DNA of 64,000 nt from Clostridia bacterium. Lineage in GTDB: Bacteria; Bacillota; Clostridia; TANB77; CAG-508. Made by a program: the position numbers and the translations under genes. Location: contig JAAWGB010000003.1 of the NCBI GenBank assembly GCA_022795075.1, positions 557-64,556 on the forward strand, in the 5' to 3' direction. A model generated the notes under the pieces. That model made no database searches and was not told the DNA's origin. It saw only the letters and a list, made by a program, of their open reading frames with translations. Positions 37,813-48,663 of this stretch are shown here, one piece after another (within the stretch, counting starts at the first letter, position 1; each line of letters starts with the position of its first letter).

Positions 37813-39120
37813 ATGGCACAAATAAAATTAAATTTAAAAAACAGTGAAATTACACAAAAAAGTATTTTAGAATACAAACAACAAGTAGAAAACATACATA
37901 AAGATTTGCATAAAAGAGCAAATGAAGAAAAAGACTTTGTAGGATGGCTTGAATTACCAACCAATTATGATAAAAAAGAATTTGCAAAAATCAAAAAAGC
38001 AGCAAAAAAAATTAAAAAAGAATCAGATATATTAGTTGTAATTGGAATTGGAGGATCTTATTTAGGAGCAAGAGCAGTAATTGAAAGTTTAACAAGTTCA
38101 TTTTATAACATGTTATCAGACAAACAAAGAAAATATCCTCAAATATTATATGTAGGAAATAACTTAAGTCCTAATTATATCAATGAACTAATAGAATATA
38201 TTGGAAACAAAGATTTTTCTGTAAATGTCATATCAAAATCAGGAACTACCACAGAACCAGCAGTAGCCTTTCGAATTTTTAGAGAAATATTAGAAAATAA
38301 ATATGGAATAGATGAAGCAAGAAGTAGAATCTATGCAACAACAGACAAAGAAAAAGGAGCCCTAAAAACCTTAGCAGAAAATGAAGGATATGAACAATTT
38401 GTTGTACCAAACAATATAGGAGGAAGATATTCTGTTCTAACAGCAGTAGGCTTACTTCCAATAGCAACAGCGGGAATTGATATTGACAAACTAATGGAAG
38501 GAGCTAGAGTTGGGCAAGAGCGATACAATGATGGAAATCTTAAATACAATGAATGTTATCAATATGCAGTAGCAAGAAATATCTTATATGAACAAGAAAA
38601 AAACATAGAAATATTAGTAAATTACGAACCCAAAATGCACTACTTCACAGAATGGTGGAAACAACTATATGGAGAAAGTGAAGGAAAAGAGAAAAAAGGA
38701 ATTTTTCCAGCAGGAGTAGACTTTACAACAGATTTACACTCAATGGGACAATATATACAAGAAGGAAAAAGAAACATATTTGAAACAGTCATCTGTGTAG
38801 AAAATCCAAACTCAGATATAACGATTCACCCAGATGATGATAACTTAGATGGGCTAAACTATTTAGCAGGAAAAGGACTAGACTATGTTAATAAAAAAGC
38901 AATGGAAGGAACCATAAAAGCACATGTAACAGGTCAAGTACCTAATATACAAATTACAATGGATCAATTAGATGAAATCAATTTAGGAGAGTTAATTTAC
39001 TTTTTTGAAAAAGCATGTGCTATGTCAGGCATGATATTAGGAGTTAATCCATTTAACCAACCAGGTGTAGAAGAATACAAAAAGAATATGTTTAAATTAT
39101 TAAAAAAACCAGGTTATTAA
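37813..39120 (+). CDS. pgi: glucose-6-phosphate isomerase
   Basis: Firmicute-type PGI of about 435 aa, with [23 protein letters not shown] and GGRYSVL. Confidence 0.9.
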   Translation: MAQIKLNLKNSEITQKSILEYKQQVENIHKDLHKRANEEKDFVGWLELPTNYDKKEFAKIKKAAKKIKKESDILVVIGIGGSYLGARAVIESLTSSFYNMLSDKQRKYPQILYVGNNLSPNYINELIEYIGNKDFSVNVISKSGTTTEPAVAFRIFREILENKYGIDEARSRIYATTDKEKGALKTLAENEGYEQFVVPNNIGGRYSVLTAVGLLPIATAGIDIDKLMEGARVGQERYNDGNLKYNECYQYAVARNILYEQEKNIEILVNYEPKMHYFTEWWKQLYGESEGKEKKGIFPAGVDFTTDLHSMGQYIQEGKRNIFETVICVENPNSDITIHPDDDNLDGLNYLAGKGLDYVNKKAMEGTIKAHVTGQVPNIQITMDQLDEINLGELIYFFEKACAMSGMILGVNPFNQPGVEEYKKNMFKLLKKPGY

Positions 39121-39272
39121 TAAGAGTTGCTAAAAATTGTCAATAGGGATAGATTATTTAGTAATCTAGTTAGAATAATAGTAGGGGAATGGAAATTTTA
39201 ACATAAGAAAGTTGGCAAAAAGGTTTGTACTTATTGACAACTTTTGAACAAACAATAAAAGAAGGAATAAAT

Positions 39273-39998
39273 ATGATTTACAAAGAGAATTTTAAAATTG
39301 GATTAAAAGATGTATGGAAAGGAAAAGAAGTAAGCAATAGGGCGATATTAGAATATTTAGAAGATGTTGCCTCTTATCATTCAGATAGTGTAGGATATGG
39401 TATTAATACTTGTGATAAAACACATTTGACATGGCTGTTACTAGATTGGAAGGTTAAAATCATAAAAAGACCCCAATATGGACAAATATTATCTATACAC
39501 ACTTGGTCAAGAGCTATCATAAAATGTTATGCATATCGTGATTTTGAGGTTTATGATGAAAACGATAATCTTTGTGTAATTGCCTCTTCTAAATGGTTAC
39601 TAATTAATAATCAAACTGCTAAAATTGCAAAAGTAGAACCAGAAATGGCAGATAAATATCAATCAGAGTTTGGTAAATGTGTGTTTGAAGAAACGGAAAT
39701 TGAAAAGATTAAAGAACCACAAAATTATAAAAGTAGTATAATCTATCAAGTAAATAGGAAAGATATAGATGTAATTGGTCATGTGCATAATTTGTATTAT
39801 TTGGATATTGCGTATGAAGCATTGCCACAAGAGGTTTATGAACAAAGGTCTTTTGATGAAATACGTATTATGTATAAAAAGGAAATGAAGTTACACCAAA
39901 AGGTGATAGGTAAATATGCTTATGAAAATAATAAACATATTGTTGTTATTAAAAGCGAAGATGAAAAGATTTTACATGCTATAATTGAACTATCATAA
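39273..39998 (+). CDS. acyl-ACP thioesterase family protein
   Basis: Double hot-dog architecture (LEYLEDVASYHS..., LTWLLLDWKVKI..., IGHVHNLYYLDIAYEALP). The ORF opens at TTG 39225, but ATG 39273 is the likely start. Confidence 0.7.
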   Translation: MIYKENFKIGLKDVWKGKEVSNRAILEYLEDVASYHSDSVGYGINTCDKTHLTWLLLDWKVKIIKRPQYGQILSIHTWSRAIIKCYAYRDFEVYDENDNLCVIASSKWLLINNQTAKIAKVEPEMADKYQSEFGKCVFEETEIEKIKEPQNYKSSIIYQVNRKDIDVIGHVHNLYYLDIAYEALPQEVYEQRSFDEIRIMYKKEMKLHQKVIGKYAYENNKHIVVIKSEDEKILHAIIELS

Positions 39999-40039
39999 TT
40001 TTTATGAAACTATTTGATTGCTTATTATTTAGTCAAGTA

Positions 40040-40078
40040 CTGTCCAACCTATAAAGATTTATCAAAAAAGGAAGACAG
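40040..40078. repeat. solo copy of the family-B arm unit
   Basis: CTGTCCAACCTATAAAGATTTATCAAAAAAGGAAGACAG compared with CTGTCAACCTATATTATTATTCTAAAAAGGAAGACAG at 18842. Confidence 0.4.
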
Positions 40079-40124
40079 TAGTTAATTAAATAAAAACGAA
40101 ACTTTGCAAAAATTGTAAAAAATG

Positions 40125-40154
40125 TTGAAATTTGTAAACTAAGTATGATATAAT
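40125..40154 (+). promoter_or_regulatory. candidate sigma-A promoter of pyk
   Basis: TTGAAA, 18-nt spacer, TATAAT. Confidence 0.5.
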
Positions 40155-40215
40155 ACAAATCGATTTTAATGAAAAAGGCTATAAAAGAAAGCCAAAAGAA
40201 AGGAAGAATAAAAAA

Positions 40216-41652
40216 ATGAAGAAAAATTTAAGAAAAACCAAAATTGTTGGAACAATTGGACCTGCTAGTGAACATAAATTAAAAGAACTATTTGAAGCAG
40301 GATTAAATGTTACTAGAATCAACTATTCACATGGTAGTTGGGATGAACAATCAGAAAAAACGCAAGAAGTTATCAGATTAAGAGAAGAATTAGACATTCC
40401 TATTTCTTTATTGTTAGATATGCAAGGACCAGAAATTAGAACAGGAATGTTAGTAACTGGAAAAAACGAAAAAATCCAATTAGAAGATGGTCAAAAATTT
40501 ACATTAGTGAATGAAGATATTGTAGGAGATAAAGATAAAGTATCTGTATCTTATAAAGAATTATACAAAGATGTAAAACCAGGAAGTAAAGTATTAATTG
40601 ACGATGGAGCAATTGAATTAATAATTGATGAAATCGTTGGAAAAGATATCGTATGTACCGTTGTACATGGAAATGGATTAGGAAGTAGAAAAACCATTAA
40701 TTTACCAGGAACAGCAGTACGTTTGCCAGCATTAAAACAAAAAGATATCGATGACTTAATAACAGCATGTGAGCACAATTATGATTATGTTGCTATGTCA
40801 TTTGCAAGAAACAAAGATGACATTGACCAAGTAAGAAAAGTATTAGACGAACATGGTGGAAATGATATAAAAATTATTACAAAAGTAGAAAATGTAGAAG
40901 GGCTAGAACATATGGAAGAAATTGTTGAAAACGCAGATGTTCAAATGATTGCTCGTGGCGATATGGCTACTGAAACAGATTTTACAGAACCACCAGTTAT
41001 GCAAAAAAGATTTATTAAATTATCCAATAAAGCAAATAAACCAGCTATCACAGCAACACAAATGTTAGAAACTATGACATACAACCCATTACCAACTAGA
41101 GCAGAAGCAAGTGATGTTGCCAATGCTATTTATGATAGAACAAGTGCTGTTATGTTATCAGGTGAATGTGCAATGGGAAAATATCCAGTAGAATGTGTTC
41201 AAACTATGGTAAAAATAGCAAATAGAGTAGAAGGAGATATTGATTACTGGAAAAAATTTAGAGAAAACGAAAATATCGATATGACTACACTTGAAAGTAA
41301 AATAGCTTATTCAACATCTGTTATGGCAATGAATTTAAATGCAGATGCAATCGTATGTTATACAAATTCTGGAGATTCAGCAAGAAAATTTGCAGGATTA
41401 GGAGTAGGATGCCCAATCTTAGCCATTACAGACAACAAAAGAACCTATCATCAATTAGCAATTGTTTGGAATGTAACACCTATTTATGTAGAAAAGAAAG
41501 AAGTTATTGATGAGATAGTAAAAGAAGGAATCGAGAAATTAAAACAAAAAGGAATATTAGAAAAAGGAGATACAATTGTTGTATCAGGAGGAGCTAAATG
41601 GTTACAATCAGCTCAAGACAGTAAAATTATTGGTGGAATCGCAACAATTTAA
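40216..41652 (+). CDS. pyk: pyruvate kinase
   Basis: KTKIVGTIGPAS, NYSHGS, MIARGDMATE, TQMLETM and MLSGECA motifs. Confidence 0.9.
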   Translation: MKKNLRKTKIVGTIGPASEHKLKELFEAGLNVTRINYSHGSWDEQSEKTQEVIRLREELDIPISLLLDMQGPEIRTGMLVTGKNEKIQLEDGQKFTLVNEDIVGDKDKVSVSYKELYKDVKPGSKVLIDDGAIELIIDEIVGKDIVCTVVHGNGLGSRKTINLPGTAVRLPALKQKDIDDLITACEHNYDYVAMSFARNKDDIDQVRKVLDEHGGNDIKIITKVENVEGLEHMEEIVENADVQMIARGDMATETDFTEPPVMQKRFIKLSNKANKPAITATQMLETMTYNPLPTRAEASDVANAIYDRTSAVMLSGECAMGKYPVECVQTMVKIANRVEGDIDYWKKFRENENIDMTTLESKIAYSTSVMAMNLNADAIVCYTNSGDSARKFAGLGVGCPILAITDNKRTYHQLAIVWNVTPIYVEKKEVIDEIVKEGIEKLKQKGILEKGDTIVVSGGAKWLQSAQDSKIIGGIATI

Positions 41653-41659
41653 AAAGATA

Positions 41660-41695
41660 AAAGGTTAATGGTAAATAAATTCCATTAACCTTTTT
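41660..41695 (+). terminator. rho-independent terminator after pyk
   Basis: AAAGGTTAATGG...CCATTAACCTTT stem followed by TTT. Confidence 0.7.
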
Positions 41696-41715
41696 AGAAA
41701 ACAAAGGAAAATCAA

Positions 41716-43470
41716 ATGAAAAATAGTTTTATAAAAATAACATTAAAAGGAACCAAAAGTTATATTGTACTACTAATAATATTAAGTGCCATTTACTCAA
41801 GATTAGTAGTATATGTACCAATGTTTATACAATATATATTAGATGGAGTTATCGTGGGAAAAGAAGAAGTAATTCCGTCTTTTATTCGTGCTTTGTTTGA
41901 TACTGATACAAAAATGACTAAAATCATTATACTTGTACTAAATTTGATTTTTGTAAATTTAGTAATTGTTATGGTGAACTTTATAAAAAACAAAATAAAT
42001 GTGAAATTTAATTTAAAAATTAATAGAAATGTAAAAGAAAATATATTAAAACATATACCTAAATTGCAATATGATGAATTTCATAATATTGATAAATCAG
42101 ATGTTATACAAAGAGTCAATAATGATGCTGCTACTTATGCAGAGTTTTTTAATTCGCAAATCAATTTATTTTTTGATACAATCTTTATTGTAGTCTTTGC
42201 TATTATACAAACTGTTAAGCTTAATCTAGCAGTTGGTTTATTTATTGTAGGAATGAGTTTTTTAATTATAGTATTATCAATTTGGCATTATAAAATCACC
42301 AAACCTTTAGTAGAAGATATTGTTGAAATGAATCAAGAAATAATTAGTAAAACAACCACAAGTGTGCAAGAATCGAAAATGTTAAAAATCTTTAACCGAA
42401 AAGAAAAAAAGAATTTTGAAGATTTAAATCAAAAATGTAAGAAAAAGGAAATGACATTTGCCAAAATAAGAGCAGCCTATGTTATAACAACTCATTCCAT
42501 AAGAAATTTTAAAGAACCGTTTATTTTATTATGGGGAGGAATTTTAGTCGTAAAAGGGGAACTAACATTGGCACAAGTTTCCATATTATTAAGTTTTGCT
42601 ACTAAAATAACAAACTATATTTATAATTCAGTTGAAAAAGTATCTTTTATAAATGAATTTTTGGTAGCTAGTAAAAAATTGTCTCATTTAATGAAATATA
42701 AAGAAGAAATAGAAGATAAACCAACTGTTAAATTAAATGGAGATATTACATTTAAAAATGTAAGCATTAAAATTAAGAACAATATTTTATTAAAAAACTT
42801 AAATTTTACAATCCAGCAAACGCAAAATGTTGCAATTGTTGGAAACAATGGAACAGGAAAAACGGTAATTGCTAAAACTTTAATTGGTTTTTATGAGTAT
42901 ACAGGAGAAATTTATATTGGTAAGCAAAATATTAAAGAAGTCAGCAAAAAAAGTGTAAGAGATTATATTGGGGTAGTTTTACAAGATACCTTTTTGTTTA
43001 CAGATACCATTCAAAATAATATTAATATTACCAATAAAATTGTTAGTAAAGAAGAGATTCTAAATGTTTGTAAATTAGCACAAATATATGAAGACATAAA
43101 GGGATTTAAAGAAAATATAGAATATCCAATTGGAAAAGGTGGAAATAATCTATCTGGTGGACAAAAACAAAGAATAGCAATTGCTAGAACTTTATTATTA
43201 GATAACAAAATGATTGTTTTTGATGATTCTTTATCTAAATTAGATATGAAAACTAAATTGGCAATTTTAGATAATCTTGTAAAAATGAAAAAAGGAACAA
43301 TCATGATTTCACATGATGTAGAGATAGTAAAAAGATGTGATAAAGTTTTATGGATTCATGACCAAACAATTGAAGTAAGTACACATGATAGATTAATAAA
43401 AGAAAATATGGAGTATCAACAGATAATTGAAAATAATAAAAATAAAATATTAGAAGATGAGGAATACTAA
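41716..43470 (+). CDS. ABC exporter half-transporter (TMD-NBD), degenerate Walker B subunit
   Basis: 6-TM domain. Walker A GNNGTGKT and signature LSGGQKQR. Walker B is IVFDDSLSKLD, so there is no catalytic Glu. Confidence 0.85.
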   Translation: MKNSFIKITLKGTKSYIVLLIILSAIYSRLVVYVPMFIQYILDGVIVGKEEVIPSFIRALFDTDTKMTKIIILVLNLIFVNLVIVMVNFIKNKINVKFNLKINRNVKENILKHIPKLQYDEFHNIDKSDVIQRVNNDAATYAEFFNSQINLFFDTIFIVVFAIIQTVKLNLAVGLFIVGMSFLIIVLSIWHYKITKPLVEDIVEMNQEIISKTTTSVQESKMLKIFNRKEKKNFEDLNQKCKKKEMTFAKIRAAYVITTHSIRNFKEPFILLWGGILVVKGELTLAQVSILLSFATKITNYIYNSVEKVSFINEFLVASKKLSHLMKYKEEIEDKPTVKLNGDITFKNVSIKIKNNILLKNLNFTIQQTQNVAIVGNNGTGKTVIAKTLIGFYEYTGEIYIGKQNIKEVSKKSVRDYIGVVLQDTFLFTDTIQNNINITNKIVSKEEILNVCKLAQIYEDIKGFKENIEYPIGKGGNNLSGGQKQRIAIARTLLLDNKMIVFDDSLSKLDMKTKLAILDNLVKMKKGTIMISHDVEIVKRCDKVLWIHDQTIEVSTHDRLIKENMEYQQIIENNKNKILEDEEY

Positions 43471-43472
43471 GC

Positions 43473-45158
43473 ATGCTAAAGAAAATAATAAAAGATTATA
43501 AAAAACAAGTTATGAAAGTTACATTAGGAAGAATTGCTACGAGTGTTATGGTTGTTTGCTTTTATGGCTTTATGATTGTTATGATAGAATATGCGATTCC
43601 TAGTCAAAATATTAAACAAATTATACAATTAGGAATTTTATATTTTGGTATTAATATACTAAGAACTATGGCAACTTTATATGAGGCTATTCATCATGAC
43701 AGTCTCGAAAAAGAAATAGAGGCAGATTATCGACAAAAAATATTTTTTAAATTACAGGAATTAAAGCAAAGTGAAATAGATACAATAAAAGTAGGAGAAA
43801 TATTAGAAAATATAATAAATGATACCAAACTTTTTTCAAAATATTACACATATGGAGTAGCAAGATCCTATTTTGGGGGAATTTTAAGGTTAATAGGAAT
43901 ATTAGCAGTTTTGTTATACCTAAATGTACCAATTGTTATGATTACATTTTTTATCTATATAGTGGGATTTATAGTTACCTATTTTTTTAATAAAAAATCA
44001 ATAGGATATACAAAATTAAAAAAAGATGCTAATGCTAAAATATTAAATTGGTCAAATGAACAAATAGAAGGGTACCAAACAATTAAAGCTTTAGAAATAG
44101 AAGAACAAAGATTAAGGCAAATTAAACAATTAATCAATGATTATGAAAAATCAGTTAATAAATTGGAAAAAAATATTAGAACTTATACAGGTATTTATGA
44201 ATTTTTGGTATCTTTAGTAGGGATTGTTAATATTTTAATTGGTTCTATTAGTTTAGAACAAGGGATACTTTCTTATGGTTCATTAGTTATACTAGTTCGT
44301 TATATTGACCAACCAGAAGTATATGCTAGATGGTTCATAGAAGGCTTTCAAATGCGAAATATGAGTAAAATTTCTTATAGTAGAATTGAGAAAATTTTGC
44401 AAAAAGAAGAAGAAAGTATTGATAGAGGAAAGGAACTAAGTAAAGTAGAGAAAATTGAATGTAAAAATATTAGTTTTACTTATTCAAATAACCAAAAAGT
44501 ACTAGAAAATATTTCTTTTGTCGCCAAGAAAAATGAAAAGATTGCTTTAATTGGTAGAACAGGAAGTGGAAAAACGACTTTAGTTAATCTAATTAGCCGA
44601 TTTTATGATTTACAAAAAGGCGAAATTAAAATAAATGGAGAAGATTATCAAAAATATAGTATACGAAGTCTAAGAGATAAAATTGGCTATATTATGCAAA
44701 AAGTAGTAATATTTAATGGAACAATTTTAGAAAATATTAATTATGTTAACAAGAATATTGCAAAAGACCAAATAATAGAAATTTGCAAAAAGTTAGCTTT
44801 ACATGAAAAAATTATGTCATTTGAAAATGGCTATGAAACAATTATAAAACCTGATACAGACTTGTTTTCAACAGGAGAAAAACAATTGTTAAATTTTAGT
44901 AGAGTTATGGTAGAAAATCCTGAAATTATTATCTTAGATGAAGCCACAGCTTCTCTTTCTTATCAATCAGAAATGTTAATTAGAAAAGCAATAGAAGAAA
45001 TAACCAAAGAAAAAATTAGCTTTATTATAGCCCATAGATTATCAACTATCAAAAATTGTGATAAGATTTTGTTGATGAAAAATGGAAAAATACTAGAAGA
45101 AGGAAAACATGATGAATTGATGAAAAAACAAGGAGAATATTATAATTTACTACAATAA
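43473..45158 (+). CDS. ABC exporter half-transporter (TMD-NBD), partner subunit
   Basis: Walker A GRTGSGKTT and Walker B IIILDEATASL. The signature is degenerate (FSTGEKQ). Confidence 0.85.
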   Translation: MLKKIIKDYKKQVMKVTLGRIATSVMVVCFYGFMIVMIEYAIPSQNIKQIIQLGILYFGINILRTMATLYEAIHHDSLEKEIEADYRQKIFFKLQELKQSEIDTIKVGEILENIINDTKLFSKYYTYGVARSYFGGILRLIGILAVLLYLNVPIVMITFFIYIVGFIVTYFFNKKSIGYTKLKKDANAKILNWSNEQIEGYQTIKALEIEEQRLRQIKQLINDYEKSVNKLEKNIRTYTGIYEFLVSLVGIVNILIGSISLEQGILSYGSLVILVRYIDQPEVYARWFIEGFQMRNMSKISYSRIEKILQKEEESIDRGKELSKVEKIECKNISFTYSNNQKVLENISFVAKKNEKIALIGRTGSGKTTLVNLISRFYDLQKGEIKINGEDYQKYSIRSLRDKIGYIMQKVVIFNGTILENINYVNKNIAKDQIIEICKKLALHEKIMSFENGYETIIKPDTDLFSTGEKQLLNFSRVMVENPEIIILDEATASLSYQSEMLIRKAIEEITKEKISFIIAHRLSTIKNCDKILLMKNGKILEEGKHDELMKKQGEYYNLLQ

Positions 45159-45326
45159 AAGCACTAAAAAATAGAAAGAAAAGATTTGTCTTTTTAAATA
45201 GTATGTGATATACTGTACCTATCAAAAAGGAAAGGAGAGGGGAAATAGGAACTAAAAAATGTATGGACATATAAATTTAATACCAATCAAAAATAACCCA
45301 AAGGACCTATCCCTAATTTAAACTAA

Positions 45327-46652
45327 ATGAAACCAATTGTAGCAATTATCGGAAAACCAAATGTAGGAAAATCAACCTTTTTCAATTATTTAGTAGGAAG
45401 TAGAATATCCATTGTACAAGACACACCAGGAGTTACAAGAGACAGAATTTATGCTGAGACTAATTGGAGAGGAAGAAACTTTACATTAATCGATACTGGT
45501 GGAATTGAGCCAGAATCAGAAGATATTATTTTGTCACAAATGCGTGAGCAAGCTAATTTAGCAATAGCAATGGCAGATGTTATTTTGTTTTTAACAGATG
45601 TTAGACAAGGTGTAACAGCAGCAGATCGAGAAATAGCACTTATGCTAAAAAAATCAAAAAAGCCAATTGTTTTAGTATGTAATAAAGCAGATAATTTTGA
45701 TAAAGATAAACAAGAAGCCTATGAATTTTATAACTTAGGAATTGGTGAACCGTATCCAATTTCAGCTACAAATGCGATTGGAATAGGAGATGTGTTAGAT
45801 AAAATTTATGAGAGTTTTCCGCCTAAGATGCAAAAGGAAGAAGAAGATACTACTATAAAAGTTGCAGTAATTGGAAAACCAAATGTAGGGAAATCTTCTT
45901 TAATCAATAAAATTCTAGGGGAAAATAGAGCTATTGTAAGTGATATAGCAGGAACAACTCGTGATGCCATTGATACAGAATTTGAAAATGACAAAGGAAA
46001 ATATATATTAATTGATACAGCAGGAGTTAGAAGAAAAAATAAGGTAAAAGAATCAATTGAAAAATTTAGCATTATGAGAACATTGTTGGCAATTGAAAGA
46101 GCAGATGTCTGCTTGATGATGATTGATAGCATAGAAGGAGTTACGGATCAAGATGCTAAAATAGCAGGTGAAGCACATGAAGCGGGAAAAGGAGTTATCA
46201 TTGTAGTCAATAAATGGGATGCTATGGAAAAAGAAACAGGAACCTTAGAAAAATACAAAAAAGAAGTATATGATAAATTAAAATACTTATCTTATGCTCC
46301 TATCATATTTGTATCTGCTAAAACAGGACAAAGAGTGCATAAATTATTTGATTTAATTAATTATGTAGCCGAGCAAAATGCCATAAGAATAGCTACATCT
46401 GTTTTAAATCAAGTAATTAATGAAGCAATTGCAATTGTGCAACCGCCTACTGATAAGGGAAAAAGACTAAAAATATACTATGGTACACAAGCTTCAACCA
46501 AACCACCAACATTTGTCATCTTTGTTAATAATAAACAATTATTTCATTTTTCTTATGAAAGATATTTAATCAATCAAATTAGAAAAGAATTTGGTTTAGA
46601 AGGAACACCAGTTAGAATTATGGTAAGAGAAAAAAATGAAAAGGATGTATAA
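45327..46652 (+). CDS. der: ribosome-associated GTPase Der (EngA)
   Basis: Tandem G domains (GKPNVGKST...DTGG...NKAD; GKPNVGKSS...DTAG...NKWD) plus a KH-like C-terminus. Confidence 0.9.
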   Translation: MKPIVAIIGKPNVGKSTFFNYLVGSRISIVQDTPGVTRDRIYAETNWRGRNFTLIDTGGIEPESEDIILSQMREQANLAIAMADVILFLTDVRQGVTAADREIALMLKKSKKPIVLVCNKADNFDKDKQEAYEFYNLGIGEPYPISATNAIGIGDVLDKIYESFPPKMQKEEEDTTIKVAVIGKPNVGKSSLINKILGENRAIVSDIAGTTRDAIDTEFENDKGKYILIDTAGVRRKNKVKESIEKFSIMRTLLAIERADVCLMMIDSIEGVTDQDAKIAGEAHEAGKGVIIVVNKWDAMEKETGTLEKYKKEVYDKLKYLSYAPIIFVSAKTGQRVHKLFDLINYVAEQNAIRIATSVLNQVINEAIAIVQPPTDKGKRLKIYYGTQASTKPPTFVIFVNNKQLFHFSYERYLINQIRKEFGLEGTPVRIMVREKNEKDV

Positions 46653-46741
46653 GATATTAAGAAAAATCGTTACTATTACGAAATTTAATTAAAATAGTAG
46701 ATGAGTAAATTTCAAGATACAATTAAAAGGAGGAAATAAGG

Positions 46742-47383
46742 ATGATAGAAGGTATCATAATGGCAATTATTGCTTATTGCATAGGAAGTATTAATTTTTC
46801 TATAATTATTAGTAAAAAAATGGCAGGATTTGACATAAGGGAAAAAGGAAGTGGAAATGCTGGAACCACCAATATGCTTCGTGCAGTTGGAAAAAAGGCA
46901 GCAGCTATTACATTATTGTGTGATGTTTTAAAAGGAGTAGTAGCAATTGTTATTTCTATTATAATTGGGAACATGGTACAAGGAGCTAATAAAGAACTAT
47001 TATTACAAATTGCAGGAATTGCGGTTGTAATTGGACATACTTTTCCAATATTCTTTAGTTTTAAAGGAGGAAAAGGAGTTGCAACATCTTTAGGAATTTT
47101 ATTGATGAGTAACTGGCAAATTGGGTTAATTTGTTTGGTATTTGCTATTGTATTAATGGCATTAACAAAAATGGTATCTTTAGGATCTTGTGGAGCAGCA
47201 GTCTTATTTCCAGTATTAACCTTATTTATCAATCAAAATTATACCATATTAACAGAAGGGAAAAAAGGAAGTAACTATTTAATATATAGCATCATTTTAG
47301 CTGTAATTGTTTTATATAATCATAGGAGTAATATTAAAAGACTACTAAATGGAACAGAGAATAAAATTAGTTTTAAAAAGTAA
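46742..47383 (+). CDS. plsY: glycerol-3-phosphate acyltransferase PlsY
   Basis: GSGNAGTTN and FKGGKGVAT motifs. Polytopic membrane protein. der-plsY-gpsA synteny. Confidence 0.9.
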   Translation: MIEGIIMAIIAYCIGSINFSIIISKKMAGFDIREKGSGNAGTTNMLRAVGKKAAAITLLCDVLKGVVAIVISIIIGNMVQGANKELLLQIAGIAVVIGHTFPIFFSFKGGKGVATSLGILLMSNWQIGLICLVFAIVLMALTKMVSLGSCGAAVLFPVLTLFINQNYTILTEGKKGSNYLIYSIILAVIVLYNHRSNIKRLLNGTENKISFKK

Positions 47384-47470
47384 AATATAAAGGTAGCAAC
47401 ATTAAAATACCTACATAACTTTTAATACGAAAAATAAACCATCAAAATTAAAAAGAGAGGAAGGAAAAAT

Positions 47471-48454
47471 ATGAGTAAAATAGCAATTATTGGAAGTGGA
47501 AGTTGGGGAGTAGCTTTGGCAACCCATTTAGCAAGAGGTGGAAATGAAGTTAAAATATGGTCATTTAGTGAAGAAGAAAAGAAAATGATTAATGAAGAAA
47601 GGAAATGTCAGTTTTTACCAAACCTAACAATCCATGAAAATATAAGCTGTTACAATGAATTCGAAACAGTTATCCAAGATGCCGAATTTATTTTACATGT
47701 AACACCATCTAAATTTACAAGAGACACCTTCAAACAATATAAACAATATGTTGGTAATAAGCCAATTATCATATGTTCAAAAGGCTTTGAAAAAGAAAGT
47801 TTAAAAACATTAGACGAAGTTATATTAGAAGAATTACCAACAGCAAAAGTAGGAGTATTATCAGGTCCTAGTCATGCAGAAGAAGTATCGATAGCCATTC
47901 CAACCGTTTTAGTAGTAGCATCTAAACATGACGATGTCTTAGAAATGGTACAAAATACATTTATGTGTAACGAAATGAGAATTTATACCTCAAAAGACGT
48001 AAAAGGAGTAGAATTAGGAGGAGCACTAAAAAACATTATCGCTTTTTGTGCAGGAGTAGCAACAGCAATCAACCTTGGAGACAATACATTTGCGGCTTTA
48101 ATTACAAGAGGACTAAGTGAATTAACAAGATTAGGAATTCAATTAGGTGGAGACAAAGAAACCTTCTATGGTTTAAGCGGATTAGGAGACTTGATTGTAA
48201 CATGTTTGAGTGAACACAGTAGAAATAGAAAAGCAGGAAAACTAATCGGACAAGGAAAAACATTAGAAGAAACCAAAAAAGAAGTAGGTATGGTAATTGA
48301 AAGTATTGACAATATTGAAGTTGCATATGAATTAAGCAACATACATAAAGTTGAAATGCCAATAGTTGAAACCGTTTATAAAGTAATTTACGAAAAATTA
48401 GATCCACAAGAGGCAGTTACAAAATTAATGACAAGGGACAAGAAAAGTGAATAA
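47471..48454 (+). CDS. gpsA: NAD(P)H-dependent glycerol-3-phosphate dehydrogenase
   Basis: IIGSGSWG Rossmann motif, GPSHAEEV, GALKNIIA, SRNRKAG. Confidence 0.9.
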   Translation: MSKIAIIGSGSWGVALATHLARGGNEVKIWSFSEEEKKMINEERKCQFLPNLTIHENISCYNEFETVIQDAEFILHVTPSKFTRDTFKQYKQYVGNKPIIICSKGFEKESLKTLDEVILEELPTAKVGVLSGPSHAEEVSIAIPTVLVVASKHDDVLEMVQNTFMCNEMRIYTSKDVKGVELGGALKNIIAFCAGVATAINLGDNTFAALITRGLSELTRLGIQLGGDKETFYGLSGLGDLIVTCLSEHSRNRKAGKLIGQGKTLEETKKEVGMVIESIDNIEVAYELSNIHKVEMPIVETVYKVIYEKLDPQEAVTKLMTRDKKSE

Positions 48455-48663
48455 TTACCACAAAAAAATCAAATAATAAAAAGGGACAATTGGGGACGGT
48501 TCTTAATTGCTACTTTTGCTGACTTTGATTGATTATAAAAAGTTTTTTTCAGAAGTAACGTTAAGAAAATCGAATAGTTTGTAATGACCTAACAGGCTGT
48601 TGTAACTTATCGGTTCCAACGAACAAACTCTAATTGTTCCTTTGTAAAAGAAGAAAAGGAGAG

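Noticed and set aside
46774-47232. 152-aa minus-strand ORF
   Set aside because: Fully antisense to plsY, which has diagnostic motifs (GSGNAGTTN, FKGGKGVAT).
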